From Solirubrobacteraceae bacterium (lineage in GTDB: Bacteria; Actinomycetota; Thermoleophilia; Solirubrobacterales; Solirubrobacteraceae), in the NCBI GenBank assembly GCA_030681525.1, contig JAUXSD010000344.1, positions 1,342 through 65,341 on the forward strand: a stretch of DNA of 64,000 nucleotides, given 5' to 3'. Below the pieces are notes generated by a model. It had not been told where the DNA came from. It saw only the letters and a list, made by a program, of their open reading frames with translations, and ran no database searches. Position numbers and translations under genes: made by a program. Positions within the stretch are counted from its first letter, which is position 1; every line of letters starts with the position of its first letter. Positions 30,770 through 40,504 of this stretch are shown in pieces.

Positions 30770-31207
30770 TCAGTCCGGCGTGCGCAGCCTGCCGCTCGAC
30801 CACGTGGCGTAGGCGCGCGCCGCCGAGCGGTCCTGGCGCTCCTCGGTGTGCTGGATGCCGACGCCGTTGCCCTCGTCCTGGTCGATCAGGCCGACGTACT
30901 GCTGCTCCACCGAGCTGACGCCGACGAGGTTCGGCGGCGCGGCGGCGCGCCACACCTCCAGCTGGGCGATCGCGCGCTCGTGGACCTTGTCGCGGGTGAA
31001 GCGCAGCTCGAGCTCGCCGTCGATCCCGTCCGGGGCCTCGGAGCGGATCCAGCCATCGGGTCCGGCGTCGGGGTGGCCGGGCTCGCTCCACTCCACGCGC
31101 GTCGCGCGGATCGACACGTACAGCGGCTCCCCGGCGCCGGATTCGAGGACGCCGCGGATGCTGACGCCGTAGAACGCGCCGTCGCGCGTGACGCGAAGGT
31201 CGCCCAT
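30770..31207 (-). CDS. Hypothetical protein
   Basis: 145-aa ORF with high GC3. No recognisable motif. Confidence 0.55.
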   Translation of the reverse strand: MGDLRVTRDGAFYGVSIRGVLESGAGEPLYVSIRATRVEWSEPGHPDAGPDGWIRSEAPDGIDGELELRFTRDKVHERAIAQLEVWRAAAPPNLVGVSSVEQQYVGLIDQDEGNGVGIQHTEERQDRSAARAYATWSSGRLRTPD

Positions 31208-31250
31208 GGCGCGAGGATATCGGCGGCGCGCGCCGCGTGGGGCAGGGCGC

Positions 31251-31784
31251 TCAGGCGCCGGCGCGCCGGGCGCCCGCGCCGAACGTCGTCGACCAGTACC
31301 ACCCGAGCGTCGAACCCTCGCCGTAGGCGCGGCCGATCCCGATCAGCCGGAGGTTCGCGCGCAGCATGGTCCGGCGATGCGACGCCGACCCCTTCAGCAT
31401 CGCGAACGTGGCGGCGGCGTCGGGCGCCCCGCCCGCGAGGTTCTCGCCCTTCGTCGGGCCGCGGAAGCCGAACGCCGCGATGCGCCGGTCGAAGTCCCGT
31501 CCACGGCTGTCGACGTGGTCGAGGTAGTCCTTGGCGGCCATGTCGCGGCTCAGCCACTGCGCGGAGCGGGTCAGCGGCGCCGAGACCCGCAGCGGTGCGC
31601 GGCCGCGCGCGGCGCGGTAGGCGTTGATCTGACTGCGCAGCGCCCGCTCCTCGGCGTCGAGCACGGGACGCGCGGCGGCGGCCGCCGCCGGCAGGGCGGC
31701 GCCCGCGCCGCAGGCGGCGGCGAGCGTCAGCGCCGCCGCGGTCAGGTACGTCCGGGTGCTGCGCAAGGCAGCCGAGATCGGCAT
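31251..31784 (-). CDS. Secreted CAP/SCP (PR-1, YkwD-like) domain protein
   Basis: Signal peptide. INAYRAARGRAPL, AKDYLDHVDSRGRDFDRRI, SASHRRTML and GWYWSTTFG motifs. Confidence 0.8.
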   Translation of the reverse strand: MPISAALRSTRTYLTAAALTLAAACGAGAALPAAAAAARPVLDAEERALRSQINAYRAARGRAPLRVSAPLTRSAQWLSRDMAAKDYLDHVDSRGRDFDRRIAAFGFRGPTKGENLAGGAPDAAATFAMLKGSASHRRTMLRANLRLIGIGRAYGEGSTLGWYWSTTFGAGARRAGA

Positions 31785-31869
31785 CGGTCAGGTCCCCCTG
31801 CCGGCGTTTCTAGCGAACCCCCCGCGCGCGGTCCCGCCGTCGCAGCCTTTGCAGCGCTTTGTGCGCATA

Positions 31870-31891
31870 GCCCTACGCCGCGGCGTAGGGC
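31870..31891 (-). terminator. Perfect 22-nt palindrome (9-bp G+C stem, CGCG loop) just after the stop of the upstream CAP gene
   Basis: GCCCTACGC-CGCG-GCGTAGGGC lies 10 nt downstream of the TGA at 31901-31903 (minus strand). There is no U-tract. Confidence 0.5.
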
Positions 31892-31900
31892 GTCCGGCGC

Positions 31901-32452
31901 TCAGCAGGCCGCCGTCGTGTCGACGGTGCCGCCGAACGTCGTGGACCAGTACCACCCGAACCACGTTGCGGCTCCGTAGGCGCGCCCGACGCCGATGACC
32001 TTGAGCTGGGGTCGCAGCATGTTGCGGCGGTGCGCGGGCGAGCTCTTCAGCACGCGGAAGATGTCCTGACCGCGGCCCTCGCCGGCGGCGAGATTCTCGG
32101 CCATCGTCGGTCCGCTATAGCCGAACGACATGATCCGGGCGTCGAAGTCGCGGCCGCGGCTGTCGAGGTGGCTGAAGCGATCGTGGCGCGCCATGTCGGA
32201 GCTGTGCCACCGCGACGCCTTCGTCAGCCTCGGCGAGAGGCGCAGCGGCGGCGCGCCCGCGTGGGACCGGAGGCGGTTGATCTGCCGGCACAGCGTCCGC
32301 TCCTCGACGTCGAGCACGGTGGCGGCGGACGCTGCGTGGGCGCTCCGCGGTGCGGCGAACGGGAGTGTCAGCCCGGCGACGGCGAGCGCAGGCAGGCAGG
32401 CGGCGACGAGCCCGTGCGGCGTCGCGACGACGTTCGGCATGGAGTCCCCCAT
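31901..32452 (-). CDS. Secreted CAP/SCP domain protein, tandem paralogue
   Basis: Same motif set as its neighbour (INRLRSHAGAPPL, HDRFSHLDSRGRDFDARI, SPAHRRNML, GWYWSTTFG). Start at an internal ATG (32452 or 32440). Confidence 0.8.
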   Translation of the reverse strand: MGDSMPNVVATPHGLVAACLPALAVAGLTLPFAAPRSAHAASAATVLDVEERTLCRQINRLRSHAGAPPLRLSPRLTKASRWHSSDMARHDRFSHLDSRGRDFDARIMSFGYSGPTMAENLAAGEGRGQDIFRVLKSSPAHRRNMLRPQLKVIGVGRAYGAATWFGWYWSTTFGGTVDTTAAC

Positions 32453-32721
32453 GGTTCGGCCCGCGTCCGTGCGCGTCCCTGTCTCTGACCCGAGCACAGG
32501 ACGGCGCCGCCACGCGAGGAGTGGTCCGAGGTGATCAGCCAGGCGGCACCTGGTGCGACGCCGCGCTGCCCACTCCCGGCTGCGGGGTCCATCCTGCTTG
32601 GCGCGGGAGTCCTCGTCTTCGTCGCCCGGTCCCAGATCGGCGCATCGGGTTTCGCCCGGTGGGCGAGCCCCTGGAGGATCTGCATCGGTTTTCCGCGCTC
32701 TTGCCCGCAGACTGCGCGGCG

Positions 32722-32928
32722 ATGCGCCGGCGGGCGCCATCTGCGAGCCTGCGCGCCGTGCTCGATCGCCTGCGTGAGCTGTTTCCCCTCGCCCTCGCGG
32801 TCGCGCTGCCGCTCGTCGGCGCCGTCTTCGCGATCCTGCGCTTCTCCGACGGCCACCGCGACGAGGGCCTGCGCATCGGCGCGGCGACGCTGCTCGGGCT
32901 GGCGCTGTACGCCCTGCTGCTGCTGTAG
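32722..32928 (+). CDS. Small (68-aa) two-TM membrane protein, hypothetical
   Basis: Internal ATG of the listed ORF. Uniformly G/C-ending codons. LFPLALAVALPLVGAVFAIL and IGAATLLGLALYALLLL. Confidence 0.4.
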   Translation: MRRRAPSASLRAVLDRLRELFPLALAVALPLVGAVFAILRFSDGHRDEGLRIGAATLLGLALYALLLL

Positions 32929-32935
32929 CCGCTCG

Positions 32936-35068
32936 CTACGCCTCACCGAGGCGCAGCCGCGCGTGCAGGCGCGCGAGCGGACGCGGCGCCCACCAGTTGC
33001 GCTCGCCCAGGAGCTTCATGAGAGCCGGCACGAGCAGCGCACGCACGATGAACGCGTCGATCAGCACGGCCGCCGCCGCACCGACCCCGAGCTGCTTGAT
33101 GAAGACGATCTGCGACGTGGCGAACGCGCCCAGCGCGACGACGAGCAGCAGCGCAGCCGCCGTCACGATGCGTCCGGTGCGCTGCAGCCCGAGCGCGATG
33201 GCCTCCTCGTTCGTCGCGCCGGCGTCGCGTGCCTCCTTGATGCGGGTGAGCAGGAAGACGCCGTAGTCCGTGCTCAAGCCGAAGACGATCGCCAGCAGGA
33301 CGAGCGGCTGGGTGAGCTCCAGCGCGCCCTGGCTCGTGTAGTCCAGCAGCCCCTCGAGGCGGCCGTCCTGGAAGACGAGCACGAGCACGCCGAACGCCGC
33401 GCTGATGCCGAGCACGTTCATGAGCAGCGCCTTGAAGGGCAGCACGACCGAGCCGGTCATCGCGAACAGGATCAGCAGCGTGGTGATCGCCAGCACGGCG
33501 AGCGCGAGCGGCAGGCGGTCGGCCAGGCCGGCGCGCTGGTCGACGAAGCGGGCGGACTCGCCCGCCACGCGCACCTCGCCCGGCGCCGGACCGTCGCGGA
33601 CGGCGCGCACGAGATCCACGGCGCGCTGGTCCAGCGCGCTTCCCTCGGGCGCGACGCTGACCAGCCACGTCTCGTCGCCGACGAAGCGCGGCGGCTCGAC
33701 CGCCGCCACGCCGTTCAGGCCCTGCAGGCGCTGCGCGTAGGCGCGCAGCTCGCCGCCGCTGCCGCGCGGCGCGTCGACCGCGACGTGCAGCGGCGACGCG
33801 CGGCCCGGCGGGAACTCCGTGCGCAGGGCGGTGTCGACCTGCTTGGGCACCGCGCTGTCGGGCAGCACGCTGGCGTCCACGCCGGTGAACTCGATCCGGG
33901 TGAACGGGATCCCCGCCGCGATGAGCACGAGCGACGTGGTGACGGCGATGATCAGCGGCCGGCGCATGACGCCGTGCGAGAGGCGGTACCAGAAGCCGCT
34001 CTGGGTGGCCACGGCGCGGTGGCGCCAGCGCTTCGGCGCGAGCGCGTTGACGCGAGGGCCGAGCAGCATGAGCACGGCGGGCAGCGCGATGAGCGAGATC
34101 GCCCCCGCGCTCAGCGCCGTCAGCGAGCCGCTGATCGCCATGGAGTACAGGAAGCGCTGGGGAAAGACGAGCAGCGAGAGCATCGCGGCGGCTACGGTCA
34201 GCGAGCTGAACACCACGGTCCGGCCGGCCGTGCGCAGCGTGGCCGTCAGCGCCTCGCGCCCCGGCCCGTGGCGCTCCATCTCCTCGCGGTAGCGCGACAG
34301 GACGAACAGCGAGTAGTCGATCGCCAGCCCGAGGCCGAGGCCGATCGCGAGGTTCAGCGCGAAGATCGACAGCGCGGTCGCCTCGTTGAAGAGCCGCAGC
34401 CCGAGGAACGTCATCATGATCGTCAGCAGGCCGACGAACAGCGGCAGCAGGGCCGCGATCGCGCCGCGAAAGACGACGAGCGTCAGCAGGAACAGCAGCG
34501 GGAACGCCAGCATCTCCGCCTTCGCGAGGTCCTCGGAGACCTGGTCGCCCACCACCGGCCCGGCGACTGCGCCGCCGCCGACGAGGACGCCCCGCAGGCC
34601 GTCGAGCGCCTGCTCGATCCGGGCCCCGGCCTCCTCGCCGTCTTCGCCTGAGCGCAGGTAGACGGCGACGAAGCTCGAGCGTCCGTCGCGCGAGACGAAC
34701 GGGCTCGCCGGCCGGGGATCGCTCAGCGCGGAGGCCGTCTGCGCCACCGCCGGATCGGCCTCGACGCGGCGCACGACGCCACGCACCTTCGCCTGCCCGC
34801 CGGGGCTGCGAACGGGGTCCTCGCCGCGCACGAGCACGACGACGCCGGGCCCCAGGCCGCGGCCGATCGCCTCGCGCAGCTCGACGCCGGTGACGTTGCT
34901 CTGCGCCGCCGGGTCGACGAAGTCCAGGTCGGGGTCGACGGAGAGCATCCCGGTGACCGGCGCGCCGAAGCCGATCGCGACGGCGAGCAGGGCGATCGTC
35001 GCGACGAGGACGCGACGCGGCTGCGCGGTGACGAGGCGGGCGATCGCGGCGAGCATCGGGACGCGCAC
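32936..35068 (-). CDS. MMPL-family (RND superfamily) membrane transporter
   Basis: 710 aa in two 6-TM bundles, each preceded by a periplasmic loop. LGLAIDYSLF and GLSTDYGVF motifs. Confidence 0.88.
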   Translation of the reverse strand: MRVPMLAAIARLVTAQPRRVLVATIALLAVAIGFGAPVTGMLSVDPDLDFVDPAAQSNVTGVELREAIGRGLGPGVVVLVRGEDPVRSPGGQAKVRGVVRRVEADPAVAQTASALSDPRPASPFVSRDGRSSFVAVYLRSGEDGEEAGARIEQALDGLRGVLVGGGAVAGPVVGDQVSEDLAKAEMLAFPLLFLLTLVVFRGAIAALLPLFVGLLTIMMTFLGLRLFNEATALSIFALNLAIGLGLGLAIDYSLFVLSRYREEMERHGPGREALTATLRTAGRTVVFSSLTVAAAMLSLLVFPQRFLYSMAISGSLTALSAGAISLIALPAVLMLLGPRVNALAPKRWRHRAVATQSGFWYRLSHGVMRRPLIIAVTTSLVLIAAGIPFTRIEFTGVDASVLPDSAVPKQVDTALRTEFPPGRASPLHVAVDAPRGSGGELRAYAQRLQGLNGVAAVEPPRFVGDETWLVSVAPEGSALDQRAVDLVRAVRDGPAPGEVRVAGESARFVDQRAGLADRLPLALAVLAITTLLILFAMTGSVVLPFKALLMNVLGISAAFGVLVLVFQDGRLEGLLDYTSQGALELTQPLVLLAIVFGLSTDYGVFLLTRIKEARDAGATNEEAIALGLQRTGRIVTAAALLLVVALGAFATSQIVFIKQLGVGAAAAVLIDAFIVRALLVPALMKLLGERNWWAPRPLARLHARLRLGEA

Positions 35069-35072
35069 CGTA

Positions 35073-35082
35073 AGTGATCACT
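35073..35082. promoter_or_regulatory. Perfect 10-bp palindrome AGTGATCACT in an AT-richer patch 5 nt upstream of the mmpL start
   Basis: Read directly from the sequence. The operator/promoter role is only inferred from position. Confidence 0.25.
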
Positions 35083-35207
35083 CACTCACGAGTCAAGGGC
35101 GGCGGGCGCGGGTCGCCGGTTCTCTCAGCGACCTCACGCGCCGCGGTCGTGGCGCGCCCGGTGCGGTGTCCGCACTCGGCGCGCCAGCACGGAGTTCGTA
35201 CGAGCGG

Positions 35208-36305
35208 TCAGTCGCGGCGCGCGATGCCGGCCTGCGCGACCCCCGCCTGCAGCTCGTCGAGGCCGAACGCCTCGACCGGGCCGAGCGCGCCGCTGCCGCG
35301 CAGCCCGCCGGCCGCCGCCGTCATCGCGCCCCAGGCGAGCACCGCGCCTGTGAAGTCGTAGGGGTTGTCGCCCTCCAGCCGGACGGTCACGAGCGGCGCG
35401 CCGGCGGCGTCGGAGGCCACCGCGACGATGTGCGACCGCGTCCGCGCGCGGCTCGCCGCGTCCGGCCCGCCGGTCGATCCCTTCACGAGCCGCGCGGTGG
35501 CGGCGCCGATCGCGCCGCGCACGCCGGGCAGCTTCGTCGCCACGGCGGTCGCGGCCGACAGCGCCTGCAGCGGGCGTGAGGCCGGGCCGAACCAGCCCAG
35601 CCACACGCGTACGTCGCGAACGCCCGGGTGCACGCGCGGCAGCCCGAACTGCTCGGTCGCGCCGATCGACACCGCGGGACGGCCGTCGAAGGCGTGCACG
35701 TCGCGCGCCGTGCGCTGGGTGACGAGCCGTCCGCCGATGAACGCGTAGGCCGGCTCGGCCAGCATCCCCGCCGCGGACGCCTGGGTGCCGCCGCTGGCGC
35801 GGGCGCCCCTGCCGCCGACGAAGTAGCCGACGTCGACGCTGACCGCCCGCTCGCCGGCCTCGCGCAGTGCGAGCGCGCCGGCGAGGTTGCCGGGCACGTA
35901 GTCGTAGCCGAACGCCGTCAGCAGCCCGACGCCGGCCGCCGCCGCGTCCGGGCCGTGGCGATCGAAGACCGTGCGGATGAACGACGGCTCGCCGGTCGAG
36001 TCGAGGTAGTGCGCGCCTGCGTCGATCGCCGCGCGCAGGGCTGGCTCGCCCCAGCGCGCGAACGGCCCGACCGTCGAGACGAGGACGTCACCGGCCTCGA
36101 CGAGCGCGCGCACCGTCGCGGGCCGCGCGACGTCGGCGACGGCGGACTGCAGCCCGCCGAGCTCCGCGGCGAGCGCCTCGACGCGTGCCTGCGAGCGCGC
36201 CGCCAGCACGGGCGCCGCGCCGCGCTCCACGAGCGCGCGGGCGACGAGCTGCCCCGTGAACCCGGTTGCTCCGAACAGGACGATGCGGCCAACCACGCCG
36301 CGCAC
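35208..36305 (-). CDS. Saccharopine dehydrogenase-like NAD(P)-binding oxidoreductase (trans-acting enoyl reductase-like)
   Basis: Start at in-frame GTG 36305. Rossmann N-terminus IVLFGATGFTGQLVARAL, then LVSTVGPFARWGEPALRAAIDAGAHYLDSTGEP. Confidence 0.8.
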   Translation of the reverse strand: MRGVVGRIVLFGATGFTGQLVARALVERGAAPVLAARSQARVEALAAELGGLQSAVADVARPATVRALVEAGDVLVSTVGPFARWGEPALRAAIDAGAHYLDSTGEPSFIRTVFDRHGPDAAAAGVGLLTAFGYDYVPGNLAGALALREAGERAVSVDVGYFVGGRGARASGGTQASAAGMLAEPAYAFIGGRLVTQRTARDVHAFDGRPAVSIGATEQFGLPRVHPGVRDVRVWLGWFGPASRPLQALSAATAVATKLPGVRGAIGAATARLVKGSTGGPDAASRARTRSHIVAVASDAAGAPLVTVRLEGDNPYDFTGAVLAWGAMTAAAGGLRGSGALGPVEAFGLDELQAGVAQAGIARRD

Positions 36306-36359
36306 GCTACATAACCGCGTCCCGCCTGTGGCCGTGGCCGGGTACCCTGACGGGCAGAG

Positions 36360-37499
36360 ATGGACGAACGGGTCCTGGCCGAGAGGCTCATCACCTACGA
36401 CACGTCCACCAGCGACGGCCTGCGCGCGGCGGTCGGGTTCGTGAAGGGCTGGCTCGAGGCCCGCGACGTCCCCGTGACCGGCCGTGAGTTCGGCGGTCTG
36501 CCGGTGGTGCTCGCCGAGATCGGGCCGGCCGCGGGTCCGTGCGTGATCCTGCACGGCCACGTCGACGTCGTCCCGGCGCACGCCGACCAGTTCACGCCAC
36601 GCATCGACGGCGACCGCCTCATCGGGCGCGGCGCGTACGACATGAAGGGCGGCCTGGCGGCGATGATGTGCGCCGTCCACGACTGCGCCCAGAACGGCAA
36701 GGTCCGCGTCCGCTTCATCTGCGTCCCCGACGAGGAGTCCGACAACCTCGACTTCCGCTGCACGGACGCGCTCGTGCAGGAGGGCCTGACCGCGGACTTC
36801 GCGATCACCGGCGAGCCGACGGACCTGCACATCGGCGTCCAGGCGAAGGGGGTTCTGGCCGTCCGCGTCGAAGTGAGCGGGACCGCCGCCCACGGCTCCA
36901 CGCCATGGCTGGGCGACAACGCGATCCTCAAGGCCTACGACGTGTTCCGACGGATCGAGACCCTACGCTTCAGCCGCGAGTCCTCGGACCTGTTCGACCG
37001 CCCGTCGATCAACGTCTCGCGGATCCTCGGCGGCGACGCCTTCAACAAGGTGCCCGACCGCTGCACGATGGACGTCGACATCCGCTTCCTGCCCACCCAA
37101 GACGCCGGCGAGATCCTCGGCGAGATCCGCGCGCTCGACGACGTGCAGATCGTCAAGACCTTCCAGCGCGCGCCGGCCCACGTCTCGCGGTCCAACCCGT
37201 TCGTGCGCGCGCTGCGCGACGCGGTCTCCGCCTCCCTGGACGACGAGGCGCTGTCGATCGGCCGCGACGGCGCCTCCGACGCGATCTCGTTCCTGCAGGC
37301 CGGCATCCCGGCCGTCGAGTTCGGTCCCACCGGCGGCGGCCACCACGGCCCGGAGGAGTGGGTCTCGATCGAGTCGCTGGCCCGCTACCGCCAGGCGCTG
37401 CGCGACTTCGTGCTCGACCTGCCCGGCTGGCTCGAGCGTGACGATGACGACGCGGTCCGCGCGCCGCTGCGCGCCGTCGACGGAGGCCTCGCGTCGTGA
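36360..37499 (+). CDS. M20-family metallopeptidase (DapE/ArgE-like)
   Basis: ILHGHVDVVPA, GRGAYDMKGG, PDEESD and HGPEEW motifs. Confidence 0.85.
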   Translation: MDERVLAERLITYDTSTSDGLRAAVGFVKGWLEARDVPVTGREFGGLPVVLAEIGPAAGPCVILHGHVDVVPAHADQFTPRIDGDRLIGRGAYDMKGGLAAMMCAVHDCAQNGKVRVRFICVPDEESDNLDFRCTDALVQEGLTADFAITGEPTDLHIGVQAKGVLAVRVEVSGTAAHGSTPWLGDNAILKAYDVFRRIETLRFSRESSDLFDRPSINVSRILGGDAFNKVPDRCTMDVDIRFLPTQDAGEILGEIRALDDVQIVKTFQRAPAHVSRSNPFVRALRDAVSASLDDEALSIGRDGASDAISFLQAGIPAVEFGPTGGGHHGPEEWVSIESLARYRQALRDFVLDLPGWLERDDDDAVRAPLRAVDGGLAS

Positions 37500-38995
37500 G
37501 CGTCTACGAGGGCGGCGGCGAGGGCGTCACGCGCATGGGCTGGGACATGTGGAAGCGCTTCCTGCTCGGCGGCCTGATCGTGATGCTGCTCAGCGCGACC
37601 GCCGTCGCCAGCATCGCGCTGCTGCAGGTTCACGAGACGATCGAGGTCTTCCAGAACGAGTCGACGCCCATCCCCGGCATCAAGAACGAGCTCGACAAGG
37701 TCGACCCCGGCGGACCCCAGACGATCCTCGTGCTCGGCTCAGACGGGCGCTACGGCGAAAAGGGGATCCCGGTGCGCTCGGACACGATGATCGTCGTGCG
37801 GCTGGATCCGGACAAGAACGCCACGGCCGTCATGTCGATCCCGCGCGACCTGCGCGTGGAGGTGCCGGGCTACGGCCGGCGCCGCATCAACGAGGCCTTC
37901 GCGCTCGGCGGGCCGCGCCTTTCCGTGCGGACCGTCAAGCGGCTGCTGAACATCCCGATCAGCCACGTCGTCAACGTGAACTTCAACGGCTTCCAGCGCG
38001 CCGTCAACCGACTGGGCTGCGTGTTCATCGACATCGACCGGCGCTACTTCAACGACCGCGGCGGCCCCGGCGGCTACGCCACGATCGACCTCAAGCCCGG
38101 CTACCAGAAGCTCTGCGGCTCGGACTCGCTGGACTACGTCCGCTACCGCCACACCGACGACGACTTCGTGCGCGCCGCGCGACAGCAGGACTTCCTGCGC
38201 CAGGCGAAGGGCCAGATCGGCTTGGGCAAGGTCTTCGGCGACCGCGAGGAGCTGCTGAAGATCTTCGGCCGCTACACCGACACGGACATCGCCCGCGACA
38301 ACGACGCGGCGATCCTGCGGCTCATCAAGCTCGCCTACGAGTCGACGAAGAACCCGATCCACGAGGTGCGCTTCCGGGCCGGGCAGTCCGAGGACCCCGC
38401 GTTCGTCGAGATCTCGGAGGAGAACCGGCTCAAGACCGGCGACGAGTTCATCGACGTCGGGCTCGGAGCGGCGGCCGAGAAGGCCGCCGACGCGCAGGCC
38501 GAGCGCAAGAAGCCCAAGAGCATCAAGAACACCGGCCGGCTCGCGCCCGGCCTCGTCGAGCGCAAGGAGTCCGGCGAGGACCACGTCCTGACGATCACCA
38601 CGAAACAGAGGACGCTGCCGGTCTACTTCCCCAAGGCGATCTACGCGCGCGGCGGCTACCAGCGCGAGAGCCCGCGCATGTACGACATCTACGACCGCAA
38701 CAAGAACAAGTACCGCGCGTACCGCCTCGTGCTGTCGGCGGAGGGCAAGGGCAACGGCCAGTACTACGGCGTGCAGGGGATGACCTGGAAGGCGCCGCCG
38801 ATCCTCGACAACCCGACCGACGAGGTCCGCATGCGCAAGCGCACGTACAAGCGCTACTTCGACGGGCGCAAGATCCGCCTGATCGCGTGGGAGACCCCGA
38901 GGGCCGTGTACTGGGTGTCAAACACGCTGTCGCAGACGCTGACGAACCGCCAGATGATGGACATCGCGCGGTCGCTGCAGCGGATCGGGCAGTAG
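37496..38995 (+). CDS. LytR-CpsA-Psr (LCP) family glycopolymer ligase with a large C-terminal domain
   Basis: N-terminal TM. ILVLGSDGR...RSDTMIVVRLDP...SIPRDL...INEAFALGG. The GTG start overlaps the M20 stop. Confidence 0.88.
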   Translation: MSVYEGGGEGVTRMGWDMWKRFLLGGLIVMLLSATAVASIALLQVHETIEVFQNESTPIPGIKNELDKVDPGGPQTILVLGSDGRYGEKGIPVRSDTMIVVRLDPDKNATAVMSIPRDLRVEVPGYGRRRINEAFALGGPRLSVRTVKRLLNIPISHVVNVNFNGFQRAVNRLGCVFIDIDRRYFNDRGGPGGYATIDLKPGYQKLCGSDSLDYVRYRHTDDDFVRAARQQDFLRQAKGQIGLGKVFGDREELLKIFGRYTDTDIARDNDAAILRLIKLAYESTKNPIHEVRFRAGQSEDPAFVEISEENRLKTGDEFIDVGLGAAAEKAADAQAERKKPKSIKNTGRLAPGLVERKESGEDHVLTITTKQRTLPVYFPKAIYARGGYQRESPRMYDIYDRNKNKYRAYRLVLSAEGKGNGQYYGVQGMTWKAPPILDNPTDEVRMRKRTYKRYFDGRKIRLIAWETPRAVYWVSNTLSQTLTNRQMMDIARSLQRIGQ

Positions 38996-39054
38996 GCCTG
39001 CTGCGACGCCGGCACGCGCGCAGCGCGGCGCAGGCGCGGCGGCCGGGGCGTGAG

Positions 39055-40503
39055 ATGGGCTTGCGGTTCGCGGTCGGCAGCCTGCTCGTCGTGGTGCTGA
39101 CCGTGGCCGGCGTCGTCGGCGTGGCGCTGACGATCCTGCACGAGGAGTTTCGCCACTTCCGACCCAAGCCGGTCGACCCGCGGATCGTCGACGTGCTCGA
39201 GCCCGTCGCGGCCGGCGAGCCGCAGACGATCCTCGTCCTCGGCAGCGACAAGCGCTGGAGCGATCGCAGGACGGGCCGCCCGGTGCGCTCGGACACGATG
39301 ATGGTCGTACACCTCGACCCCGATCGTGCGGCGACGGCGGTGCTGTCGCTGCCGCGCGACCTGCTCGTGGAGGTCCCCGGCCACGGTCGGCGCCGGATCA
39401 ACGAGGCGTACTCGCTCGGCGGCTCGAAGCTCGCCGTCGACACCGTCAACGGGCTCGGCCTCGGCGTCAACCACGTCATCGGCGTCGACTTCGGCGGCTT
39501 CCGGCGCGCGGTCAACCGGCTGGGCTGCGTCTACGTCGACGTCGACCGGCGCTACTTCAACGACAACGACCCGCCGGTGGCGAGCAGCGACAACTACGCC
39601 ACGATCGACCTGCAGCCCGGCTACCAGCTGCTCTGCGGGCAGGACTCGCTGGACTACGTGCGCTTCCGCCACCTCGACGACGACTTCGTGCGCGCGGCGC
39701 GCCAGCAGGCCTTCCTGCGCCAGGCGAAGGGCCAGATCGGCGTGAGCCAGGCGCTCGGCGATCGCCGAGCGCTGCTGAAGATCTTCTCCGACTACTCCGA
39801 GAGCGACCTCGCCGGCGCCGGCGACGCCGAGATCTTCGGGCTGCTGAAGCTCGCGTACGCGTCCTCCAAGCACCCGGTGCGCCAGGTCCCGTTCCCGCCG
39901 ACGGAGCGCCAGGCCGACGAGACGCTCGTCGTCTCGCCCGCGCGGCTGCGGCGGACGATCGCGACGTTCGAGCGCGTGGGGGCCAGGCCGCCGGGCTCGC
40001 GCCCCCGGCCGCGGTCGCGCCGCGCGGCCGACGCCGGCGACTCGCCCCGCGCGGCCACCGGCGTGGTCGAGGATCGGATCGGGGGCGAGAACCACGTGCT
40101 CGTGCTGGCCACGAAGCTCGGCGACCGGCTGCCGGTGTACTTCCCCCGGACCCGCCTGGCGAGGGGCGGCTACGTCCGCGAGAGCCCGCGCGGCTACGAG
40201 ATCGAGCATCGCGACGGCAGCTCGCACCCGGCCTACCGGATCGTGCTCGCGCACGGCGACAACGGCCAGTACTACGGCGTGCAGGGCACGACCTGGCGCT
40301 CGCCGCCGATCCTCGGCGAGAGGAGCACGCAGCGGCGCATGCGCGGGCGCACCTATCGCGTCTACCGCGAGGGCGCCGCCATCCGGCACGTGGCCTGGCG
40401 CACGAAGCGCGCCGTGTACTGGGTTTCCAACACGCTCTCGGGGCGCCTGACCGACGCGCAGATGCTGGCCGTCGCGAGGTCGCTGGTCCGGGTCGGCCGG
40501 TAA
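39055..40503 (+). CDS. LCP family glycopolymer ligase, tandem paralogue
   Basis: Same architecture and motifs (ILVLGSDKR...RSDTMMVVHLDP...SLPRDL...INEAYSLGG), including the shared C-terminal YYGVQG.TW..PPIL...VYWVSNTLS module. Confidence 0.88.
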   Translation: MGLRFAVGSLLVVVLTVAGVVGVALTILHEEFRHFRPKPVDPRIVDVLEPVAAGEPQTILVLGSDKRWSDRRTGRPVRSDTMMVVHLDPDRAATAVLSLPRDLLVEVPGHGRRRINEAYSLGGSKLAVDTVNGLGLGVNHVIGVDFGGFRRAVNRLGCVYVDVDRRYFNDNDPPVASSDNYATIDLQPGYQLLCGQDSLDYVRFRHLDDDFVRAARQQAFLRQAKGQIGVSQALGDRRALLKIFSDYSESDLAGAGDAEIFGLLKLAYASSKHPVRQVPFPPTERQADETLVVSPARLRRTIATFERVGARPPGSRPRPRSRRAADAGDSPRAATGVVEDRIGGENHVLVLATKLGDRLPVYFPRTRLARGGYVRESPRGYEIEHRDGSSHPAYRIVLAHGDNGQYYGVQGTTWRSPPILGERSTQRRMRGRTYRVYREGAAIRHVAWRTKRAVYWVSNTLSGRLTDAQMLAVARSLVRVGR

Positions 40504-40504
40504 C

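Noticed and set aside
32453-32721. c-di-AMP (ydaO-type) or other riboswitch in the 269-nt leader of the CAP-domain gene.
   Set aside because: I noticed a direct repeat ACCGGGCGA x2 on the minus strand. I could not find the characteristic conserved ydaO segments, so nothing supports a call by eye. An Infernal scan would settle it.
37438-40503. 1021-aa ORF that appears to span both LCP genes.
   Set aside because: Over 37438-38995 it runs out of frame with the well-supported LCP1 gene, and its product there is Arg-rich junk. Only the last 482 codons (from ATG 39055) carry LCP motifs. I treat it as two separate genes.
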